DNA of 37,951 nt from contig JWZX01002472.1 in NCBI GenBank assembly GCA_001275005.1, positions 1 through 37,951 on the forward strand. Reading direction: 5' to 3'. The first letter of the stretch is position 1; each line of letters begins with the position of its first letter. Source of the DNA: Chrysochromulina tobinii (taxonomy: Eukaryota). The notes beneath the pieces are model-generated. The model made no database searches and was not told where the DNA came from. It worked only from the letters and a program-made list of their open reading frames with translations. The position numbers and the translations under genes were made by a program. Below are positions 30,032-37,951 of this stretch, piece after piece.

Positions 30032-31171
30032 CTACCGCTTCCGGCGCTGGCTGAGCCCTGGAGGTGCTTGCGCGCCCAGCCCTTGGACGAGATACACGAT
30101 GGCCACGAGGAGGGCTGTGTAAAAGGCGGCGGTGGTATTGGCCTCAAATCGGAATGTGTCCGGCAGGCTCTCGATGCCCTCGACGAGCACCTCCTGGGCG
30201 CGCACTTGGGCGTTGCCGCAGCCGTCGAGCAGGCCAATGGAGGCGGCACACAAAAGGTTGAGTCGCCGAGCGGAGCGCCTCCCAAGCTCGCCTCGCCGCG
30301 CGGCGGTGTACAGTTCGATTTGGATCGGAGAGAGAAGCAGTGCGATGTAGACTCCGAAGAGCGCGCGCGCAAGATAAGTGACGGGCAGCTCGGCCTCGTA
30401 CACGGCGAGCGGCGAGATCGGCGAGAGCGCGAACGCACCGCCGACGACGAGGCTTGCGATTGCGCTCGACCTGTAGAATAAGTCAAGAGGCGAGTCCGCT
30501 GCTGCCGCTGGGGCGATGGCTCGAGACTTGCCCCTCTGAGCTGGGGCGGAAGTGTCCTGTCCTAGCAAGCTGCGAGTGTCGGATGCCGCGAGCGCGCTCA
30601 GCTCGTCGGTCGAAATCTCGCGCAGCAGTGGTCGCAGCACTGACACTGCGCTGGCCCCGCACAGAGCGAGCACGACTGCTAATCCAGCGGGGTCCACGAC
30701 GGTCAGCCCCGTCGAGGCTGCAGCCACGCACGCCCCGAGCGCACCGCCTGCCGCGAGCACGACCGACGCTGAGAGGCGCGCGCGCGTCTCGACGGCCGCC
30801 TCATCCAGCGTACTCGAGGCGAGCAACTGAAGCAAAGCGGCTTCGAGGGGCATCAGCGTCGCGGCCAGCTGCAAAAAGCCAGCAGCAGGCTGCTGAACTC
30901 CGTATGTGCCGGCCACGTCTAGTGCAAATACGTGAAGTGCCACTTCGCTCGGGTTCAGCAGCAACGGCGCCGCGACGACCAACCAACTGACAGCACACCC
31001 TTGCAGCCAGTTTTTTTCGAGGTTGCTTGGCTTGGGCGGCGAGTAGCTCATGCGAATGTGGGTGCTCCGTGAGATGATTGGTGGTCTCGGCCGGGGCCAA
31101 CTGCAGCTACCAAGCGCAGCGCCGGACTGCGCGAGCAGCGCCATCATAAGAACCAAGCGCCGCGCGAGCAT
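30032..31171 (-). CDS. Multipass membrane protein with signal peptide (possibly plastid-targeted), function unknown
   Basis: ATG 31171 (MLARRLVLMMALLAQSGAA), then an S/R/P-rich transit-like segment and roughly 8 hydrophobic segments. Confidence 0.7.
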   Translation of the reverse strand: MLARRLVLMMALLAQSGAALGSCSWPRPRPPIISRSTHIRMSYSPPKPSNLEKNWLQGCAVSWLVVAAPLLLNPSEVALHVFALDVAGTYGVQQPAAGFLQLAATLMPLEAALLQLLASSTLDEAAVETRARLSASVVLAAGGALGACVAAASTGLTVVDPAGLAVVLALCGASAVSVLRPLLREISTDELSALAASDTRSLLGQDTSAPAQRGKSRAIAPAAAADSPLDLFYRSSAIASLVVGGAFALSPISPLAVYEAELPVTYLARALFGVYIALLLSPIQIELYTAARRGELGRRSARRLNLLCAASIGLLDGCGNAQVRAQEVLVEGIESLPDTFRFEANTTAAFYTALLVAIVYLVQGLGAQAPPGLSQRRKR

Positions 31172-31306
31172 CCTTGTACGGTCCAAACGCGGCGGCGCGC
31201 GGCCGGCAGGGTCCTCCTCGCACCGTACATTCTTTCCGTGTTTTTGTTCACAGTCTTCCCACCCTGCACTCTCGCCAATCTCCCCGCCAATTCCTCGACT
31301 TCTTTC

Positions 31307-32467
31307 ATGGAATCAGTCCTACATGTAGTCGCGAGCCCGCCAGTGGGACCAATCGGCGGCCTGCTGTCGCTACTTGGCCTCTGTGCAGTTCCCGATGACG
31401 AACATCTACTCCATCGTGCCTACAAGAAGGCTCTTCGCGCCGATCCATCCAAGGCCAGTGAATTACGCGCTGCGATGAATGCGCTGGCGACACCAGACTC
31501 GCGTGCTGAGTTCCTCCGCCAGCAGTCCGCTGCAGTTCGTGCGCTGGCCATTACGCAGGCCAAGACGCCGCGCGGCAGGGTGCAGATTACTGGCGGCGAA
31601 GCTGCCTCGCCAGAGCTGGTGTGCGCCTATGGTCACGCGTCTCTTCAGGGACGAAGGTCCTCGATGGAGGACGAGGTGCTGCTCGCTCCTCTCGGCGGAG
31701 GTCGCCACGCGTACGGCGTCTTCGATGGCCATGGTGGCCCTCGTGCTGCTCGCATGCTCCGCCGCCACCTGCCCGATGCCCTCCGCAAGCGAGCGTCGGC
31801 CAGCGCCGAGAGTCTCAAAGCGGCCTTCGAAGAGGTCGATGCAGCCATTTGCGCTCGATCCTCGGCGGACGGTTGGGATGATGGTTCGACCGCCCTTGTG
31901 GCCATCATTGGCTCCGGCCCACCAGGCACGAGCTCTGAGAGCCAGTCCACGACCGTGACGCTGCTGCAGGTCGGCGATTGCGACGCCATCTTGTGTCATG
32001 TGCCAACAGGCTCACTTCTTGGGGAGGCGCCGCTGCTGACACGCCATCGGCCCAACGAGCCCTCTGAGGCGCAACGGCTGGCTGCGCTCGGCGTGACAGT
32101 GAGTGCCACGGGGCGAGTTGCCGGCCTCGCCGTCTCGCGCGCCTTCGGCGACGTCAGCTTCAAGTCCAGTGCGCAGCCCTACCTGATCGCCACCCCCGAC
32201 GTGGTCACGCGTGTGCTCCGGCCTGAAGAAGCCTCTGGTACCGTCCTCGTGCTCGCGTGCGACGGCTTGTGGGACTTTGTGAGCCCCGCAGAGGCGTGCA
32301 GTCTCCTTGCCGCCGCACTCGAGCCCTCAGACGCCTCAGGCGCCTCGGCGTGGCATGCGGACGCTCTCAAAGGTGCTGCACTCCGATTGGCAGACGCTGC
32401 GCTCGACAAGGGCGGCGATGATAATGTGAGTGTAGTGGTGGTGCCTTTGGCTCTGCGCTGTGCTTGA
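31307..32467 (+). CDS. PP2C/PPM protein phosphatase with N-terminal degenerate J-domain-like segment
   Basis: PPM motifs GRRSSMED, YGVFDGHGG, DGSTA, VGDC, GLAVSRAFGD, VLACDGLWD and GGDDNVSVVVV; ATG 31307. Confidence 0.92.
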   Translation: MESVLHVVASPPVGPIGGLLSLLGLCAVPDDEHLLHRAYKKALRADPSKASELRAAMNALATPDSRAEFLRQQSAAVRALAITQAKTPRGRVQITGGEAASPELVCAYGHASLQGRRSSMEDEVLLAPLGGGRHAYGVFDGHGGPRAARMLRRHLPDALRKRASASAESLKAAFEEVDAAICARSSADGWDDGSTALVAIIGSGPPGTSSESQSTTVTLLQVGDCDAILCHVPTGSLLGEAPLLTRHRPNEPSEAQRLAALGVTVSATGRVAGLAVSRAFGDVSFKSSAQPYLIATPDVVTRVLRPEEASGTVLVLACDGLWDFVSPAEACSLLAAALEPSDASGASAWHADALKGAALRLADAALDKGGDDNVSVVVVPLALRCA

Positions 32468-32851
32468 GGGGTACTGCCTAAGGCCTGGCACCCTTGCGCA
32501 CGGACACACTCTGAGCAAGGAGTGTTGCTTGCACTCTGGTCGCTCACGTGCTGACGCGTTGATAGAAGCGTGTGCGAGCGCCGGCGCCGGTCCGGCACAC
32601 TGGCGGGGCGCAGCACGTGCACGATGGTCGGGCGCACTGGCGCAGCACGATGGTCGAGCGCGAATCGCTGACCGCAAATGTCGCGCCGGGCGGCGCGCGG
32701 AATACAGCCGAAAACGTGGACCCCAAGGACGCCCCGGAATACACAAGAAGTGGCAGTGTTGCAAAAATCTCTTTACTCGCTACGGCTTCATATAAAGAAT
32801 AAAATTGCAAAAATTACAGAAGATGCAGCCGCAAAGTTTACATGATCTACA

Positions 32852-33445
32852 TCATGTACCTGGACTCGGGAGACCCTCGCGTGCAAGCAGATGCTCTTGC
32901 AGCATCTGACGAGCCTCTTCGCGCGTCAGGCCCATCTCGGCAGCCGCGCTCTCCGAGTCAGATCTCCTTGGTGCAGGGGCACCCGAGGCTTCCCGAGAAG
33001 GCGGCAGGGGCCCCTGCGCCACCGCTCTCGCGCGAGCCTCGAGGTCCGCATCGCTAGGCAGGACCACGCCCTCGTGCATCCCCCATTGGCGTTGGATGGC
33101 GCGCACGGCATTGCGGTCGTTGTTCTCGACGGCGGTCTGCAGGCATCCGCCGTACGGGAGCCTTTCGAGCGCGGCGGCCGGAGGACTCCAAACCGAATCC
33201 GCATCCGGCGGCGGCAGGTCGGCCTCGGCTGTGAAGGCGCTCGTGCCTACCACGTGCAGCCGCGGTGGTTGCTCGCTCGAGAGGTGCAGCGCTCGACCTT
33301 GCGCGAGCTGCAGCGCCATCGAGCCGGGAGGCCCTTTATGCCTATCTTCATCGCCCAGGCAGATGTTTAGATGAAGCTCAAGATCGTGTTGATTGCGGAA
33401 GGGCGCCTGAGGGCACCCTGTGCCGTGAAGAGGGCATACGAGCAT
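32852..33445 (-). CDS. Hypothetical protein with possible C2HC zinc finger
   Basis: ATG 33445; CPLHGTGCPQAPFRNQHDLELHLNIC; C-terminal EMGLTREEARQML is weakly UBA-like. Gene ends are uncertain. Confidence 0.4.
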   Translation of the reverse strand: MLVCPLHGTGCPQAPFRNQHDLELHLNICLGDEDRHKGPPGSMALQLAQGRALHLSSEQPPRLHVVGTSAFTAEADLPPPDADSVWSPPAAALERLPYGGCLQTAVENNDRNAVRAIQRQWGMHEGVVLPSDADLEARARAVAQGPLPPSREASGAPAPRRSDSESAAAEMGLTREEARQMLQEHLLAREGLPSPGT

Positions 33446-34114
33446 GGGACAGACGCACAGCACCTGCGCACAAATCTCACGGGAGCGGCACACAATCGCG
33501 TGGGCAAACGGTGCAAGAAGGAGAAGTTGAGATGAAATTTATCCCCGTTGTGAGCATGCTGCGGGGCCAAAAACGGGCACCCGCGGGCTACTCTTCAAGG
33601 AGATGTGTTGCACGCGCTTTCTGCTGCCAATCCATTGCAAAACTGCGTATCGGCTGCCTATCAGGCGTGCGTGTAAGGAGGTGCCTCTGCTCGCTGTGGA
33701 CGGATATTCACCGGTGGGAGCAGTGCGTCCACCGCTTATCGCGAGCGCCGAACACACAGCAGTCGGCCCCTGTCGTCGAGGACGAATCCCAAGTTGTTTC
33801 ACATCAGCCCAGTGTGAAATCCGCCGGCCCTGGGGGACGTTAAATCACCACGCGCCCCTACGCCCTCGTCACGGCCAGAGCACGGCGAGCAGCGCGCGAA
33901 ACCCTTTTTCCGCACACGAGAGCCGAGAATGACCTCAGACAGCCCCCGCGCCACATACGAGACTGAGATCAGCGCTCGATTCTATCTGGCATCATATGGC
34001 CCCCGTTCCTTGAAGTCCCTCAGAAGGTTCCGAGAAGAAGTCCCTCAACTTAGTCGCCCAGAGAGCCGTTGGTGTGACGTTCGGAGCACGCGCCATCGCC
34101 GCTACGTCAAGACG

Positions 34115-34190
34115 CACGCCCTCGGTGTTCACGCTCGTCGGTGTTCACGCTCGTCGGTATTCACGGCTCGTCGGTGTTCACGCCGGCTCG
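34115..34190. repeat. ~16-bp tandem repeat (acgctcgtcggtgttc) x4 just downstream of the malate synthase stop
   Basis: Directly visible. Confidence 0.85.
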
Positions 34191-34191
34191 A

Positions 34192-37100
34192 TCACGGTGC
34201 AATCTCGATCGAGCTGCCTCCACGCTTCAGGATCTTGGAGTTGACGAGATTCGGGCGCGACCCCTCCGACGATGCGTCGAGGGCCTTGCGCTGCTGACGG
34301 AACTTGGTGAGCGTAGGCTCCGTGTACCTGAGGTGTGAAGAGGTGTGAAGAGGTGTGAAGAGGTGCAAGACGCGCGACACGACGGGTGTCAATCGAACAC
34401 AGCCCGGCCAGAACTGCAAATAGGCTGTGGGGAAGCTCGATGTGGCTGTGGGGAAGCTCGATGTGGCTGTGGGGAAGCTCGAGGTGGCAGTGGGGAAGCT
34501 CACCCGTTGGGCGCCGTGGTGCCGGAGAAGACGAGCTCGAGGGCAGCATGCCACTCCGGCCCATCGAAGCGCGGCGCGAAGGCTTTGTAGGTCGGGTCCG
34601 ACGCGTTCTGCTCGTCGACGAGGTGGGCGATTCGATGGAAGGCCTCGAGCACCTGCTCGTCGCTCACGACGCCGTGATGACGCCAGTTGGCAATGTGCTG
34701 GCTGGAGATGCGAAGGGTCGCGCGATCTTCCATGAGCTGCACGCCCTCGAGGTCCGGCACCTGTAGGGACGGGAGCATGGGTGGGAAGGGGAGGGTGCGG
34801 GGATGGGGTGGGATTTGGGAAGGGGTGGGTGCAGGGAAAGAGGAGGGTGTGGGGACAGGGGAAGTGTGGGGATGGGGAAGGTGTGGGGAAGGTGAGAGGC
34901 TGCGGGTACGTACCTTGGAGCAGCCCACGCCTTGCCCGACCCAGCGAACGACATAGCCGAGCAGAGACTGCACGTTGTTGTCGAGCTCCTTTTGGATGAT
35001 CACCGGGGTGAGCGCCTCGCGTTCGCTCGATGTCATCAAGGGAGGCGTGATCAGATCCGCGAGGAAGAGGGCGGGCGTCACTCCCTCAGACTTGTGCGCC
35101 GTCGCCATCGTCCCCTGGACGCTCGCCACGCTCGTCTGCAGGTAGTGCAACGCGTGCAGCGTGGCAGCGGTGGGCGACGGCACCCAAGCCGTGGAGGCGC
35201 CGGCCGCGATCTGCGCCCCCTTGGTGCGCAGCAGACCTGATAAGGGGGGTGATCGAGGAAGACGTGATGAGTGGGGCAATCAAGGAAGACATGATGAGGG
35301 ACGCAATCAAGCCCAATCAGAAGCAATCAAGGAGCTTGGGCAGGTACCTGATGAGGGGCGCAATCAGTCGTGCTCAGACGCACTCGGACGCAATCAGGGA
35401 CTCTCAGCCCCTGGGGTATCCTAATATGGGTGCGCGGCAGACCGTTCATGTTGTCCGGCTCCGCCCACATGCCCTTCCCAATCTGCCCTTTGCCGACGAG
35501 GCGGTGCGCGAGGCCCGCGGCGACGTTACTCTTCTCGTAAGCTTGCAGCCAAGGCGCGGCCTTCATCGCCCCGTTGTGCTTTGGCTTGACAGGGCCCGCA
35601 TGCATGCAAGTGTGGATCTCATCAGCGGTACCTGATGAGCGTGACCATCAGGCGAAATCAGGCGAAATCAGGCGAAATCAGGCGTTCATCAGGCGTGCAT
35701 CAGTCGTCATCAGGCATCATTAGTGGCACTCTCAACATACGATCGAGGAAGCCGGTGTTGATGAAGACGAGGCGCTGGCGCGCCGCCTGCATCGCACTCG
35801 CGAGGTTCACAGACGTGCGCCTCTCTTCGTCCATGATGCCCATCTTCATCGTCAGTGGAGGCATGCCAAGCGCCTTCTCGACGGCTGCGAAGAGATCCAC
35901 GGCGAGTCCGACCTCTTCGGGACCGTGCATCTTCGGCTTGACGATGTACACGGAGCCCTCGACGCTGTTGCGCACGTCGCCCGCCTCGCGGCGCACGCGA
36001 ACGTCGTGCAGCGCGCACGCGGCCGTCACCATCGCATCGACAAAGTGCTCAGGCACGGGCGCGCCCGCTTCCGTCGTCACCATGTCGGTATACTTGTGCA
36101 TGCCGACGTTGCGTGCGAGGAGAAGCACTTGCGCAGACATCGAGAAGTCGTCGCTCGAGGCGTCCTTGGAGGGCCAGTGCTTCGGCTGGTGGAACGCGAG
36201 CCGCGGATTGAGGGTGCGGTTCACTGTCGTCCCATTCTTGCCAGGGAACTCGCACGAGAGCGTTCGGTTCATCAGTCCTAGCCAGTTCGAGTACGCGGCG
36301 ACCTTGTCGTCGACGTCGACGGTGCACGCGCTGTCCTCAAAGTCGCAGATCGTGGTCAGAGCACTCTCGAGACGAACGTCGACGATGCCGGCAAGCGTCG
36401 CACGCCCAACCCCCTTCTCCTTGCCGTCGATGACGATCTCGCAGTGCAGCCCATTCTTACGGAGCAAGATCGACCATTTCTCACCCGCCCGCGTGCCGTA
36501 GCCGACAAGCTGGTCGGGGGCCGCCAGTCGAAGGGGTGCACTCTTCTCAGCGCCAGCCACCTTGGCGACGAGAGCGCCGTCGGCGATCGACAGGTTGGTC
36601 ACTTCTGACCAACGTCCCGCGGCAAACGGGAAGGTCTCATCGAGGAATTTGTGCGCCATCTCGAAGACCTGGACGCCGCGAGCGGGATCGTAAGGGCCGG
36701 GCTGGGGCGCTGGGAGCACTGCATTGGTGCCGTAGAAGGCGTCGAGCAGGGATCCCCAGCGTGCGTTCGCCGCGTTCAGCAGAAAGCGACTCTTGTCGAC
36801 CGGGCAGACTAGCTGTGGGCCCGCCACTCTGGCGATCTCGTCACCGACGCGCGCAGTCTCAATCTCGAAAGCTCCTGGCGAGGGCTGCAGGTAGCCGATG
36901 CGGCGGAGGAAGTCGAGCTGGGTCTCGCCCGTCTTGCTCTTGTGCCACGAGTCAATCTGCGACTGGATGGCATCGCGCTGCTCCAGCAGCTGTTGGTTGC
37001 GAGGCAGCAAGTCCTGCACGATCCCGTCGAGGCCCGTCCAGAATTGATCGGGGGTGCAGCCGGTGCCGGGTAGAACCTTGGTATCGATGAACGACTGCAG

Positions 37101-37323
37101 CGCCGGTGCGACCTTGATTGAGATGGGTGTCGGGGATGCCTGCGATCATGGGCCAGAGTGCTCACACCAGGGGTCATGGGATCCTCGGCGAGAGGCAGAG
37201 AAGCGAGAGCACGAGCGACCCGACGGGTTCGATCGCCCGCGCCACACGCACCCGCGGCGAGCTGGAGAGGGCCCGCAACGTGCGAAGAGCCGCATTCCGC
37301 GAGAGAGATGAGGGCAGTAGCAT
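34192..37323 (-). CDS. glcB: Malate synthase G; exons 37323-37252, 37139-35741, 35631-35443, 35236-34914, 34760-34504, 34327-34192
   Basis: MSG motifs AGPQLVCP, LNAANARWGSLLDAFYGT, DFEDS, LLARNVG, YIVKPKMHGP, MDEERRT, FINTGFLDR|TADEIHT, QIGKGMW, TAWVPSPTAATLHALHY, ELDNNVQSLLGYVVRW, LMEDRATLRISSQ, PNG|YTEP. Five GT-AG introns restore the frame. Confidence 0.96.
34331..34503 (-). repeat. Intronic 10-mer (aggtgtgaag) and 21-mer (ggctgtggggaagctcgatgt) arrays
   Basis: Both lie in the last malate synthase intron, 34328-34503. Confidence 0.9.
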
Positions 37324-37425
37324 GATAGGAGCCGACGCTGATGAGACCTCGGCGAGAAAGGCGGTCTCTTTGAGAAAGGGTCAGTTGAATCGACACACAA
37401 GGTACCGACCAGCCACTACCACACG

Positions 37426-37548
37426 AGTTCAGTTCAGTTCAGTTCAGTTCAGTTCACGAAACACAGGACAGACGGGCGCTGTCACCGCGGTCGCGTTCTG
37501 AACAAATCGTTCGGACCAAGTCAAGTCAAGTCAAGTCAAGTCAAGTCA
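37426..37548. repeat. Pentanucleotide microsatellites (AGTTC)6 and (CAAGT)6 upstream of malate synthase
   Basis: 37426-37455 and 37517-37546. Confidence 0.95.
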
Positions 37549-37951
37549 CGTCAATCTCTCGATCTCTCCGACTCTCCCTGCCAGCAGCAACGTAACGCCC
37601 TGCCCCTGGCCGCTGCAATGTCTCGAGTCCTCCGAAGATCGCCGCGCGCTGATAAACGGACTTGTACTGAGTACATTGTACTGTACAATTGTACTACCAA
37701 GGGTAGTCGACGGGGGTGTAACGGCGACGGGGGTGCTCTCGCGTCAGCGGGGCGAACTTGATTACCATCGTTATTACGCATTATTAACGAGATAAGGCAC
37801 CGTAATGCAGGGTGCCAATCGACAGATCTCGGAACGTAGACCCCCGAACCGCGGAAATTCGGTTTGCATCGGCAAAGCGAAGCCCGCAAACAGCATTTCC
37901 AACTTTGTTCACGAAACATCCCGCGCACACCTTCGCTTCCGGTGCGACCCA

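Noticed and set aside
32470..34110. Possible transposon or viral remnant in the poorly coding region
   Set aside because: No transposase, RT or integrase motifs, terminal repeats or target-site duplications were recognisable.
35596..35612. gcatgcatgcaagtg resembling part of the 24-bp element inside malate synthase
   Set aside because: It encodes the conserved DEIHTxMxAG block with no flanking duplication; probably coincidental.
25818..37676. 13-nt match atgtactcagtac (25818) to the reverse complement at 37664, and GTAC-rich intergenic patches
   Set aside because: Too short and low in complexity to call a terminal inverted repeat or regulatory element.

Overview
GC-rich, gene-dense eukaryotic nuclear DNA with short spliceosomal GT-AG introns. 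It is most likely from a haptophyte alga; a Chrysochromulina-like origin is inferred from intron and repeat style, not shown. About 17 protein genes can be modelled: an Sfi1-like Trp-repeat protein running off the left edge (absent from the ORF track), an ARM-repeat/U-box E3 ligase, a tandem winged-helix + IQ protein, a sulfotransferase, a DUF1499 lumen protein, an inositol monophosphatase with an FAD-synthase-like N-terminal fragment, a small membrane protein, an EF-hand protein, two coiled-coil proteins, an MscS channel, a 10-exon PATROL1/DUF810 (Munc13-like) gene, an IQ protein, an ankyrin protein, a multipass membrane protein, a J-like/PP2C fusion and a 6-exon malate synthase G. The most unusual signal lies below gene level. 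Many introns carry echo copies of their own flanking exon ends and are filled with strand-specific CTGATTGC-type decamers. In addition, a small set of fixed oligomers (a 24-mer, a CArG-type decamer CCTAATATGG and a 16-mer) recur at the junctions of local tandem duplications in unrelated genes. No rRNA, tRNA, CRISPR array or autonomous transposon was seen.
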